Shown: positions 17,144 to 26,206 of the stretch, in pieces | Position numbering within the stretch: the first letter of the stretch is position 1 | How the letters are laid out: each line of letters starts with the position of its first letter | From: a virus | Taxonomy: Duplodnaviria > Caudoviricetes | Strand: one strand, 5' to 3' | Virus record (IMG/VR): IMGVR_UViG_3300030330_005988 | Coordinates: 1 to 47,596 of that record | Length of the DNA stretch: 47,596 bases | Program-made: the position numbers and the translations under genes | The notes under the pieces: generated by a model | Database searches by the model: none | What the model saw: only the letters and a program-made list of their open reading frames with translations | What the model was told of the DNA's origin: nothing

Positions 17144-17952
17144 TTACGCCTCTTGATGCGAAGAAGCTTCTTTCCAACCTTAACTTCATAAAGAGGTATT
17201 CCAAATTTTTTACCTTGCTTGTCTTTTTTCTTTGGATCTTGTACATATGAATAAAAATCTTCTTGTTCATCTGGGACATTCTGAACTGATTTTGCGGTTT
17301 TAGAGTATGGTGCTTTTTTGCCGAAAGCTGCTGACTCGGGGCTTGGTGTTTGTCCTTTCATGTAGTCTTCGCCAGCATGCATATCTTCAAACTCCTCCCA
17401 ATCTTCATCGGGAGCTCCGGGCTCATCATCATACACATTTCCTGGATATTTTTCCATTTGCATCATTTCAAATCGCATTTGATTAACGGGATCATCTGGC
17501 TCTTTTGTTCCTAAGACATAACCCCATTGACCATATTTTTGATTAAGACCATCCATAACTTGAGCGGCATCTCTCTTAGAAAGAGCCACGGGAGATCCAC
17601 CGCCAGCTGTCTCACTGGCGACCTTATGGGGATTGATAATTAAAAGAGAGTCTTCGCGGTTTCCTTCAAAAACACCACCAACACGAATGGCATCTAGGCC
17701 CATAGCGTTAATGTCTGCTTCCAGAGCAGTTCTACGCTGTTCGTTTTCTTCTGGTGACATTTGAATGGCATCGGGGTTTTGTCCAGACATAATTCCAAGA
17801 GTAAGAATTCTTTCCTCACCAAAATCTTTTCCTGCTAGTGCATCGAACACTGCTTGTTCGTCTAAGTAGGATATTTCCTCAACAAGAGCCATTTGGTTTT
17901 CTTTGATAACCGTTTTGATTAGCTCTTTTAATTTAAGTCTAGTTAATTTCAT
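17140..17952 (-). CDS. Hypothetical protein with a DUF3293-like core, possibly virion-associated
   Basis: Start MKLTRLKLKELIK at 17952 (GGGAG RBS); GIMSGQNP...EENEQR...GVFEGNREDSLLI. Confidence 0.6.
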   Translation of the reverse strand: MKLTRLKLKELIKTVIKENQMALVEEISYLDEQAVFDALAGKDFGEERILTLGIMSGQNPDAIQMSPEENEQRRTALEADINAMGLDAIRVGGVFEGNREDSLLIINPHKVASETAGGGSPVALSKRDAAQVMDGLNQKYGQWGYVLGTKEPDDPVNQMRFEMMQMEKYPGNVYDDEPGAPDEDWEEFEDMHAGEDYMKGQTPSPESAAFGKKAPYSKTAKSVQNVPDEQEDFYSYVQDPKKKDKQGKKFGIPLYEVKVGKKLLRIKRRK

Positions 17953-17953
17953 T

Positions 17954-18220
17954 TTAAATTCTCCCATAAATGTAATTTTCTAACACTAAATAGTGCATTT
18001 TTCCATCTATTTCGATTTTTTGCATAGTTCTTTTTTCAAAAACCACAGTGTCCCCTGTGGAAACTGGTAAAGAGCAGTCTTTTGCAACATCAAGTACCAC
18101 GCCAAGTTGATGTGGCGACTCGGGCTGCTTGTAGTCTGTTGGCAAAACCACCAGGCTTTGTGCGTCTTTTTTTTCTTTCTCAATTAATTTGACAAGAACA
18201 TGTCTGTTAAATGGTTTCAT
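17954..18220 (-). CDS. groES: GroES-like co-chaperonin
   Basis: MKPFNRHVLVK...VVLP...GVVLDV...GDTVVF...IEIDGKMHYLVLE..I.G. Confidence 0.85.
   Translation of the reverse strand: MKPFNRHVLVKLIEKEKKDAQSLVVLPTDYKQPESPHQLGVVLDVAKDCSLPVSTGDTVVFEKRTMQKIEIDGKMHYLVLENYIYGRI
17987..17994 (-). promoter_or_regulatory. Candidate late promoter (ACTATTTA)
   Basis: Upstream of ORF 17140-17952. Confidence 0.5.
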
Positions 18221-18229
18221 TTTTTACTC

Positions 18230-20203
18230 CTATATTTCACATGTGTCGTTTGAACAGAATTTAGAACCAACACCACCCTCATTGGATTCAATCTTTTGAA
18301 CCGGTGTGATATTCTTAATCATCTTTTCATATTCTTCTTTGGTTATCGGCTCATACGGTGCTTGCTTGTACCCTGTTTCTTGATACTTCAAAAACGATAC
18401 GGCTTTCAATCTTGCTTCGTACATTTCAAGAGCATCCTTAATTTGCCCAGCCTCTTCTTCTTTAAAGGTTACTGTAATCGAAACAGAGTTGTCCGCCCAA
18501 TAATATTGGTATTGTGATGCGATTTCAAGTTGCTCCCACATCGAGATGTCACGCTTCCCTTTCTTGAAGAATGGCTCATGAACTGGGAATTCTACACACA
18601 TAGTATTTGGAGAATACGAATCTTTTTCAATCTTATATCCGGCTTTTTCCAGTGTAGGAAGAATATCGGAAGTCATAGCAAAACGAATCCGACGAATATA
18701 GTATTCATCCTCTGGATAATGTATGCCTGGTGTGGAGCCATTGAGAAGTGACACGGTTCCGGATGGCTTGATGGATGTCGTTCTTACAGAGCGAGGCACA
18801 CATAGCCAATCAGAATAGTCTTTATCAAGCTTTGCTACATGTTTGTATGCTTTATCGCACCACTGTAGCATTTTACGTCTTCCAAATTTGTTGAACGCTT
18901 GGATCACACCAGATTGTGACAAGCCAATTCTTCTGTTTTTTAGCATAATTGCGTTCGTCTCAGGCCAGTGAGTATTGATCAGGGTCACAGTCTTGCCATA
19001 CATATAAGCAATTTCGAGTGTTCTTAAGTAATCTTCGTACGTCTCGTGTTTTGCGGGGAAAGTTTCCACCAGACAACAAAGCTCTGCATCTTCAAGCTGT
19101 TGCTCTACACAAGGGTTGAACCCCATAACCTTAAGGTCATCAGAACGCTTTCCATCCTTCATTCTTCCGTAATTACGTGCATTGTCTAACCAAATATAGC
19201 CGGGCTCCCCATTAATCGCAGATTGAGAAGCATGCCATGTGTAGTCCATTCCAATTTTTGCTTCAAAGGAATTGTTGGATCCCCAACGATGATGATAAAG
19301 TTTTTCTTGATCATTTTTCATTGTCAGATAATCTTCATCATTGTGGCCCCCAATTGCCAATGCAGCAGAGCGGCGCACATTGCCAGCAACAACGCAACGG
19401 CCGATGAGGTTCTCAATGTCAACAATATCAACCGACTCAATTTGTTCTCCTATTTTTGATTCAAGTAATTCTTTTAAATTATTGTGCAACTCAATGAGTG
19501 GATCAGGGCCGGAAGATGTTCCACCAAAGCCACGAATTGGCTCACCTTTTCCACGAATGGCGGAGTAATCAAAGTTGGGAACTTTTTTACCAAGAATGTA
19601 ACCATCCAACAAGATATGCACACTATTAACCCAACCTTCACGAGAATCTTCAATAAGTAGTGTATCATTTGTCCAGTGCGGATCCTTAACTGTAAAGGTC
19701 TTGGCTCCCAATGTATCAAATCCAACTCCAATGCCAACCATGAGAGCATCCATCATCCACGAAAAGAGATAGCCACCTTTGCTAGATATGTCTTTCGTAG
19801 ATCGAAAAGCGCAGTTGAAAAGACCAGCACCTGTTCGTTCCATAATGAACTTAGTTCCCATCATCCACAACCCGCGACCTGGTGGAGTCCATTTAAGGTT
19901 AAAGAGCCTATCGTATGCTTCTTTTGCTGTTTTTTGGGCCTTCGCATCATTCCATTCAATCCCAATCATAAAAGCGTGTCTTTTTTGAATATCAAACATG
20001 CCTTCAATAACACGGCGACAGGTTTGCCACCATTCCTCAGTTCCTTTAGCGCCATCTTCAAACTCACTTAATCTACGAGCATATGTACGCTTAAATGTAA
20101 CATAGCCGACAGGCCCCCATGGAACCTCGGCTTTTTTGTATTGAGCAATAAACTGCTCTGAAAGTCGAAACTTTCTCACACTAACATCTTTTAATTTTAA
20201 CAT
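18230..20203 (-). CDS. nrdJ: Class II (adenosylcobalamin-dependent) ribonucleotide reductase, monomeric RTPR type
   Basis: PPGRGLW, FNCAF, GNVRRSA, NPCVEQ, TSIKPSGTVS, C-terminal CSNDTC; no beta subunit nearby. Confidence 0.93.
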   Translation of the reverse strand: MLKLKDVSVRKFRLSEQFIAQYKKAEVPWGPVGYVTFKRTYARRLSEFEDGAKGTEEWWQTCRRVIEGMFDIQKRHAFMIGIEWNDAKAQKTAKEAYDRLFNLKWTPPGRGLWMMGTKFIMERTGAGLFNCAFRSTKDISSKGGYLFSWMMDALMVGIGVGFDTLGAKTFTVKDPHWTNDTLLIEDSREGWVNSVHILLDGYILGKKVPNFDYSAIRGKGEPIRGFGGTSSGPDPLIELHNNLKELLESKIGEQIESVDIVDIENLIGRCVVAGNVRRSAALAIGGHNDEDYLTMKNDQEKLYHHRWGSNNSFEAKIGMDYTWHASQSAINGEPGYIWLDNARNYGRMKDGKRSDDLKVMGFNPCVEQQLEDAELCCLVETFPAKHETYEDYLRTLEIAYMYGKTVTLINTHWPETNAIMLKNRRIGLSQSGVIQAFNKFGRRKMLQWCDKAYKHVAKLDKDYSDWLCVPRSVRTTSIKPSGTVSLLNGSTPGIHYPEDEYYIRRIRFAMTSDILPTLEKAGYKIEKDSYSPNTMCVEFPVHEPFFKKGKRDISMWEQLEIASQYQYYWADNSVSITVTFKEEEAGQIKDALEMYEARLKAVSFLKYQETGYKQAPYEPITKEEYEKMIKNITPVQKIESNEGGVGSKFCSNDTCEI

Positions 20204-20212
20204 TTTAAATCC

Positions 20213-21574
20213 TCATTTTTTTCTGTTTTTGTATCTTTCTTTTAAAAATTCTAAAGTGTTTGTCTCGGAGTCTTTTATCACATCAGCAATCGATTCATCG
20301 TCACTACTATTAAGAACTTTCATATTGACATTAGACCAATCAACAAATGCTGGAAAGATAAGACCATCTGGGCCATTTCTGTTTTTAGCTATGAACACTC
20401 GGCCTTTATTGGCTTGCTTATCCTGAACGGTTCTAGAAAGAGAGCAAATAAAATCTGCGACGAAACACTTGTTAAATGCTTCTGATATTGCTTCCATTGT
20501 GATGACCTCGGCATTTAAGCCAGATCTATTTGTCTGCGAAGCTGTCCAGACAGGACATTTATATATTTGCGCAATTGCTCTTAACTCTTCGTATGTGTTC
20601 TCAAGGTCAAACCGTTTCTCAGAAGAAGAGCGGGTTGGTCTCAACAGATCAGCATAATCAACAATTATCATATCCGGCTCAATATTTCTCTTCTTGAGAC
20701 GCTCAATGTGTTGTTTGATTGTCTCGGTAGAAGCCGACTTTGTCGGATATTCCTTGATAATTAGTTGGCCCGGAATATCTTTGATTTTGTAAAGAACTTC
20801 TTTCTTGTTATGAAAAAGATCTGATAGATGAACCCTGGAGATGCAGCTATCATAGCGATTTCCAACAACTGTATCTTGGAGCTCCAATGTGTAATGCACA
20901 ACAGTCTTTCCTTGTTTCAAGGCCTCAGAGCCAAGATGCACTAACACCATAGATTTGCCAGCACCTGTTGGTGCGATAACAACACCCAACTCAGAGTTAC
21001 CCAAACCGCCTTTACAGATCTCATCAATCCTTTCGAACCCTGTTGATATTGGGTCACGAGATTTAATTGTGTATCTTTCTTCAAAGTCCTTAATAAAATC
21101 ATGCCCGAAATTATTGTCAGTTCCCAACTTTAAAGCATCTTCAATAACTTTAGATATTTCGTCAAACGAAGAAGATTTAATCAGCTTCACCGATTTCATC
21201 ATGGCACCCTTGAGAACTTGTTTGCGACAAAAGTCAATTGAGCTGTCTTTGATGTATTGCGAATTTTCAATTCTATCTGTTGTTTTAACCGAGACGTAGA
21301 ATTGCAAAAGCTGCTCTTTCAAAGCTTTTGTGTAGTTATTGCAGTCTGTTCTTATTCTTGATTCCATAATTTCATACGATGGGTGAACTTTGTATTTCGA
21401 ACGGTGATCCATTAAAATACTAACGAATACTCTTAGGTACTCATAATCTAAAAACTCAACGTCCAGGACCTCAGCTACTTGATCGCAGAATGGTCTGTCC
21501 GAAAGCATAAGTTGGCAGAATTTTTCTTGAAAGGCCTTGCCAAACCTTTGAAACGTTTCCGTTTTGTTATTCAT
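20213..21574 (-). CDS. dnaB: Replicative DNA helicase (DnaB / T4 gp41-like)
   Basis: APTGAGKS, YTLE, IIVDYADL, WTASQTNR, AKNRNG; start at 21574 with GGAGG RBS. Confidence 0.93.
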   Translation of the reverse strand: MNNKTETFQRFGKAFQEKFCQLMLSDRPFCDQVAEVLDVEFLDYEYLRVFVSILMDHRSKYKVHPSYEIMESRIRTDCNNYTKALKEQLLQFYVSVKTTDRIENSQYIKDSSIDFCRKQVLKGAMMKSVKLIKSSSFDEISKVIEDALKLGTDNNFGHDFIKDFEERYTIKSRDPISTGFERIDEICKGGLGNSELGVVIAPTGAGKSMVLVHLGSEALKQGKTVVHYTLELQDTVVGNRYDSCISRVHLSDLFHNKKEVLYKIKDIPGQLIIKEYPTKSASTETIKQHIERLKKRNIEPDMIIVDYADLLRPTRSSSEKRFDLENTYEELRAIAQIYKCPVWTASQTNRSGLNAEVITMEAISEAFNKCFVADFICSLSRTVQDKQANKGRVFIAKNRNGPDGLIFPAFVDWSNVNMKVLNSSDDESIADVIKDSETNTLEFLKERYKNRKK

Positions 21575-21595
21575 GTGTCCTCCGATGTTATACAT

Positions 21596-21624
21596 ATTAT
21601 AACCGATTAGAAAAAGTCTGTCAA
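21596..21624 (-). promoter_or_regulatory. Perfect sigma70 promoter for the helicase operon
   Basis: TTGACA-17-TATAAT. Confidence 0.9.
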
Positions 21625-21634
21625 GTTTTATTTT

Positions 21635-22585
21635 TTATAAAGTTATTTTTTTCATGGAATTAAATAAAACATTAAACTTTCCAGCATCAATGCCGTCATA
21701 GACGAGTTTTTTAACCAATTCAAGCTTTTCTAGCTTTGGCTCAAACTCTTCCAAAGAAAAATTTATTTGTCTTTTGTGTAAGTTAGAGATAAATGGACTA
21801 TATAGTTGCATTATCTTGTAATTCTTCTCAACAAGCACAGAATGTTCCAAAATATTCTCGTGTAATTTTAATTTTTTTTCTAGTGTTTCACAGTGCCTCA
21901 TGATATCTTCAACTTCATAGGGTTCATCATTTTGCAAAAATGAAAATTTGTTTGCGACAGTCTTGATTCCAACCCTTGGGACTCCCGGAAGATTGTCTGA
22001 TTTATCTCCGACTAAACTTCTCGCTAATGCGAAATTTTTGGGATGAATTCCGTGTTCTTTTAATAAGGTAGGGTGATCTATCAATTGATCTTGTATCGGG
22101 CGATACAACTTGCAATCTTTTGAAATTAGCTGGAAAAAATCCTTATCCGAGGACACTATCAGCTTCTCCCAATCTTCATATACTTTGTGTGTCGAAATAT
22201 AAGAAATTACATCATCAGCTTCAATGTAATCTATCATCACTTGGATCACGGGGAGATCATTCAAATATTCCATCAAACGCAGTTGTTGATTGTACTTGTT
22301 TTTTTCAGTATCCTCTGGAGAGAGATCGATAAGCCTCCTATTGAAACGAACCGGCTTGCGGCCGGCTTTGTAATTCTTGTCGATTTGCTTTCTTTTTTGA
22401 GAGCCACCTTCTCCATCCCAACAAACAACGATTTGATCAGGTTGAAATTTACCGCAAATCTTTTGTAGAGACTTCATGAACCCAAACGTTCCTCCACTTG
22501 GGTTTCCTCGCGGATCTAATGATGGCACCACGATGTAAGATCTCAAAAACATATTGAGACCGTCAATAATCATAACTTTTTTCAT
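21635..22585 (-). CDS. 5'-3' exonuclease / flap endonuclease (Pol I N-terminal domain, T4 RNase H family)
   Basis: IIDGLN, YKAGR, IEADDVI, SSDKDFFQL, GDKSDNLPGVPRVGIKT. Confidence 0.95.
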   Translation of the reverse strand: MKKVMIIDGLNMFLRSYIVVPSLDPRGNPSGGTFGFMKSLQKICGKFQPDQIVVCWDGEGGSQKRKQIDKNYKAGRKPVRFNRRLIDLSPEDTEKNKYNQQLRLMEYLNDLPVIQVMIDYIEADDVISYISTHKVYEDWEKLIVSSDKDFFQLISKDCKLYRPIQDQLIDHPTLLKEHGIHPKNFALARSLVGDKSDNLPGVPRVGIKTVANKFSFLQNDEPYEVEDIMRHCETLEKKLKLHENILEHSVLVEKNYKIMQLYSPFISNLHKRQINFSLEEFEPKLEKLELVKKLVYDGIDAGKFNVLFNSMKKITL

Positions 22586-23112
22586 TTATTCCTCCTTAAA
22601 TGTTCTTCTTTAACATGAAGATAATCTAGATACTCTTTCTCCATATTATCAAAATATTTTGTACTTAAAAGCTTTTTATGCGCTTTGCTTAAAATATCTC
22701 TGTTTGCAATATTTATCAAAAAATAGGGTGCATATTGTCTTACGTTGAAGCCGTCAATATCAACAGAGTCATTTGGATTAAAACAAATACACTTTAAGTT
22801 ATCGTAGCCAGCTTTTTTTATTATTCTATTGATGAAACTTTGATATTCAAAAGTCTCTTCTGCGGAGATTTTATCGTTTGTAACTTGAACGAATAAAGCG
22901 CTGTCGTATTTTGACTCAACAAATACTTCAAGCATTTCTAGAATTGTATTTGTTGAGGGGTCAAAAAGCTCAATCATCAGTTTGTCTTTGTCTATCTCTG
23001 CTCCGACAAATGGGCAAGGTGGGAACCCACCATATTCCTCTTTGGGTTGCCGCAAAATATCAATAAACTCTAACACTTTAGTGCGATAGTTTTTGTATGG
23101 ACATTGGTTCAT
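22582..23112 (-). CDS. Hypothetical protein (PPCPF motif, DUF1415-like)
   Basis: 176 aa, coupled on both sides by ATGA overlaps. Confidence 0.65.
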   Translation of the reverse strand: MNQCPYKNYRTKVLEFIDILRQPKEEYGGFPPCPFVGAEIDKDKLMIELFDPSTNTILEMLEVFVESKYDSALFVQVTNDKISAEETFEYQSFINRIIKKAGYDNLKCICFNPNDSVDIDGFNVRQYAPYFLINIANRDILSKAHKKLLSTKYFDNMEKEYLDYLHVKEEHLRRNK

Positions 23113-23264
23113 TTTTCCTCCTCAATTTTTTTCTTTGCTCTTTCTAATGCTTCAATTGCTACTTCGATATCTTCTTTGTATGGGTCTAGCGAAGTTACCC
23201 AATGTCTTGCATGCAACATCTTTCTCAAACTTGAATCAATCAGTAGCCATAATCTATTATTCAT
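23109..23264 (-). CDS. Small hypothetical protein (51 aa)
   Basis: Not in the ORF track. AAGGAGGTG RBS directly after a promoter; MNNRLWLLIDSSLRKMLHARHWVTSLDPYKEDIEVAIEALERAKKKIEEEK; ATGA-coupled to the next gene. Confidence 0.75.
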   Translation of the reverse strand: MNNRLWLLIDSSLRKMLHARHWVTSLDPYKEDIEVAIEALERAKKKIEEEK

Positions 23265-23286
23265 ATCACCTCCTTGTCTCTTCTAT

Positions 23287-23315
23287 ATTATAACACATTG
23301 CCCTCAAATTGTCAA
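23287..23315 (-). promoter_or_regulatory. Perfect sigma70 promoter
   Basis: TTGACA-17-TATAAT. Confidence 0.9.
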
Positions 23316-23325
23316 GTAAAAAGAT

Positions 23326-23360
23326 AAAAAAAGGCGGTGGGCCAACCACAACCCACCGCC
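23326..23360 (-). terminator. Intrinsic terminator after recA
   Basis: GGCGGTGGG-loop-CCCACCGCC-TTTTTTT. Confidence 0.9.
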
Positions 23361-23381
23361 GGAGAAAACATGAAAACAAAA

Positions 23382-24479
23382 TTAGTCTTCACTCACGCCA
23401 AAATTTTTTCCTTCAGAATCAAATTTCTTTACAATCTCTTCATCCATAATGTCTAGAACTGTTTGTCTAAACCCAGGATCCCCAAGTTTTGCAATCCATT
23501 GTTTTCCTTGGAATTTTGTTTCTTTGCCGTCTGCATGTGTAAGTGTATACCATGCACCGGAAAGTTTAAGTCTTTTTGTTCCGGATGATTTAAGAGCTAT
23601 AAGCCAGGACTCTTCATCTTGAATAGCAGCTTTTCCGGACCAGAGAATTTTAAAAGTACATACACGCCCTTCTGTACCAAAGCGAGATTTTTGAAGGGTA
23701 CACTTTACCTCAGATCCAATTCGAAGACCAGTATGGTCTGTGACATATGCTGCTTTGGATTTTCGCTTCGTGAGCCAAATTCTTAAAGAGCTAAAATACT
23801 CAATAGCCTTTCCACCAGGAGCAATGAATGGTTCCACCAAAGCTGCCATTGGATTTTGAGGATTGATATTGGTCTTTAATTGATTGATCATCAGTAAAGT
23901 GTGTTGTCCGACTGCCAAAGGGATGGTTAGCTTTGGAAAGGCTTTGCCAAAAATCCTTGGTTTAACCGACATTGTCGATTGAGGATTAAAGTCAGACTCA
24001 ATTTCTTTCTCAGAAGAGGTAGCAGCAATAGAATCCCAGATAAAAAGAAACTTTGTGTCTTCATATTGGTCGATAAGCATCTCAATTGTCTCAAGTACTT
24101 TTTCCACTGAAACAGCCTGAATATACATCATTTGTTCTGTATCTATTCCCGCCTTCTCTAAGAAAGTTGGATCAATTGCCGACTCTGCGTCAAAATACAC
24201 AGGGAATAACCCCATCTTTTGTGCGTTACCAGCAATTTGCGCTGCGAGGAATGATTTTCCAGAACCAGATAGACCTGCTATCTCGGTAATCTTTCCCACA
24301 GGGATACCAGCTTGATTTCCTCTACAAATGATAGAGTCAAGCCAACGCGATCCAGTTGGTATCCATTCTTTTACCACGGTTGGGTTTTCTTCTTTTAGGT
24401 TATGAGCAACATTTAGACCGGTCTTTTTGTTAACAAGTTTCTGCATTGCTTTTAGGTCAATTTTTCCGGCTTTTGCCAT
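23382..24479 (-). CDS. recA: RecA/UvsX recombinase
   Basis: IPTGS, ITEIAGLSGSGKS, YFDAE, IWDSIAA, INQL, PGGKAIEYFSSLR, GAWY. Confidence 0.96.
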   Translation of the reverse strand: MAKAGKIDLKAMQKLVNKKTGLNVAHNLKEENPTVVKEWIPTGSRWLDSIICRGNQAGIPVGKITEIAGLSGSGKSFLAAQIAGNAQKMGLFPVYFDAESAIDPTFLEKAGIDTEQMMYIQAVSVEKVLETIEMLIDQYEDTKFLFIWDSIAATSSEKEIESDFNPQSTMSVKPRIFGKAFPKLTIPLAVGQHTLLMINQLKTNINPQNPMAALVEPFIAPGGKAIEYFSSLRIWLTKRKSKAAYVTDHTGLRIGSEVKCTLQKSRFGTEGRVCTFKILWSGKAAIQDEESWLIALKSSGTKRLKLSGAWYTLTHADGKETKFQGKQWIAKLGDPGFRQTVLDIMDEEIVKKFDSEGKNFGVSED

Positions 24480-24498
24480 TGGTTTCTCCTTAAATAAT

Positions 24499-24527
24499 TG
24501 GAGCAGTTTTGTGCCATGCTCCAGGGC
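24499..24527 (-). other. Putative H-type RNA pseudoknot, copy A
   Basis: GCC-CT-GGAGCA-T-GGC-ACAAAAC-TGCTCC (S1 GCC/GGC, S2 GGAGCA/TGCTCC). Confidence 0.6.
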
Positions 24528-24533
24528 GAAAAG

Positions 24534-26066
24534 TTATTTTAATAATCTCTCTACTTTATCTAAATTACTATGTGTGTCATTAAAAACTTGAGAGATAATA
24601 TCACACATATCTGGATCGTTGTAATATTCGTGCTCAACTAAACATTGCGCTGTCCAGATTTTTCTTAGGGCTTCTTTCCCTTTATCATTTGACTTGTTGT
24701 AGTAGTTTATTATGAAATTGTGAGTATCATTGATATTTATTACCATCTTGCCTTCTTCAAAACCATACCAAAATGGAACACCGCCGACTGCCTTAACATG
24801 GCGAAATTCTGGTAGTTTTCTCTTGGTCGCAGTTTTTAACCTTGTTCTGCCTGTTCCTTTTGATTTTTGAGTTCCTTTTTTACCGGTTTTACCGGGTCTT
24901 GTTAACTTTACTTTTGTTTCTACTTCAGGAAGTTTAAGCAAAGGAGCGACAGCATCAATCTTTTGTACGAATTTTTTTTCTTCTTTGGAAAGTTTCTTTA
25001 CTTCCTCAGAATTAGATTGAGTTTTGTATTTTTGTCTCACCTCTTTCTTAAATTTTGTGATTACAGGTTCCAAGGCATTCGCTAGAGCCTCTGATAGAAC
25101 AATTTTGTTCTTGGCAACGTTGATACCACTATCACCATCTAAAGCATCGTTGAAAGAGAAATGCACTCTGCCACCATTCAATTGGGTCTCAAGGCTCCAC
25201 AGTGGTTTCAAACTACCACCAGCTTTGATTAGGCGATTATTTCTGGAAACATAAATCCCTTGATTTTCATATTTCTTTTCGCTACCAGTGAGCATGTTAT
25301 TGTTAACTAATGAAAATCTAACTACAATTTCATGATCGCCAAATTGAACTTTTTCTTGATAATGAGACTTCAAGTTATCTCTGTTATCCCAAAACAGAGG
25401 ATCATAAGAGTTAATCTTGGTATTAATTGATCTGTTTGGAATTTGGACGTACATTTTTTCTGATGCTCCGAGGCGCTCAAAGAAAAACATGCCAAAGTTT
25501 TTAACAATAGAGTTTCTAAGATCTCCAGATCTCGCATATTCCATCTTGTCTTGTTTCAAATCATAGATGGAAATTATCGTGCCATGTTTACCACAAAGCT
25601 TTGAAAATTGTTTTTCTTCGTGCTTTGTGGGTTGTCTGATAAAAGGAGACTTGCTTTCTCTCAAATTCAATTCAGCCACAAGAAGGGGTCCGTCTTTTGA
25701 TTTAGTTAAAGTAATTTTTCTCCATGCATAAGTAAAACATGCTGTTGTTCCACCGGAACCAAACTTTCCTAGCTCTCCTCTTTCATGCTGACATGTTCCT
25801 GCGAACCTGTAAGATTCCATAAGTATCTCTTCGTTCATACCAGTTCCATTATCAATAATAGAATAACCTGTGGGTCTACAATTTTCATCTTCGTGAATTT
25901 GTAAGATTATTTTTGTTGCGTGTGCATCAAAAGAGTTATCAATCAAGTCCATAAAAGCTTGTGTGATATTATCGTATGATGCAATATTTGGAATTACCAA
26001 ATCATAGAGTTTTTCGATATCAGGGGTATTATCGAATTTTTTAATTACAGTGTTGTTAATAGTCAT
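24534..26066 (-). CDS. GHKL (MORC/MutL/Hsp90-like) ATPase
   Basis: DLIDNSFDA, IIDNGTGM, LGKFGSGG, HGTII, then an S5-like domain (QGIYVSRNNRLI); start at 26066. Confidence 0.85.
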   Translation of the reverse strand: MTINNTVIKKFDNTPDIEKLYDLVIPNIASYDNITQAFMDLIDNSFDAHATKIILQIHEDENCRPTGYSIIDNGTGMNEEILMESYRFAGTCQHERGELGKFGSGGTTACFTYAWRKITLTKSKDGPLLVAELNLRESKSPFIRQPTKHEEKQFSKLCGKHGTIISIYDLKQDKMEYARSGDLRNSIVKNFGMFFFERLGASEKMYVQIPNRSINTKINSYDPLFWDNRDNLKSHYQEKVQFGDHEIVVRFSLVNNNMLTGSEKKYENQGIYVSRNNRLIKAGGSLKPLWSLETQLNGGRVHFSFNDALDGDSGINVAKNKIVLSEALANALEPVITKFKKEVRQKYKTQSNSEEVKKLSKEEKKFVQKIDAVAPLLKLPEVETKVKLTRPGKTGKKGTQKSKGTGRTRLKTATKRKLPEFRHVKAVGGVPFWYGFEEGKMVININDTHNFIINYYNKSNDKGKEALRKIWTAQCLVEHEYYNDPDMCDIISQVFNDTHSNLDKVERLLK

Positions 26067-26173
26067 ATTGTTGTTTCCTTTAACCCAAGTAGCTATAACC
26101 AAGGCCAGTAAATCCCATCTCCATCCGAGCCATTAAGGTTGCTCTCACCTAAAAATAAAAACTTAAAATAAAA

Positions 26174-26201
26174 GAGCAGTTTCTCGGTCATACTCAGGAC
26201 C
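26174..26201 (-). other. Putative H-type RNA pseudoknot, copy B
   Basis: GGTC-CT-GAGTA-T-GACC-GAGAAAC-TGCTC (S1 GGTC/GACC, S2 GAGTA/TGCTC with one U-G pair). Confidence 0.6.
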
Positions 26202-26206
26202 TGTCG

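Noticed and set aside
4331-24479. Inteins or self-splicing introns in dnaE, nrdJ, helicase or recA
   Set aside because: Protein lengths are normal, motifs are contiguous and no splice-junction signatures were seen.
26174-26201. Pseudoknot repeat as a hammerhead or HDV-like ribozyme
   Set aside because: It has CTGAGTA rather than CTGANGA, and the element is too short for the required stems.
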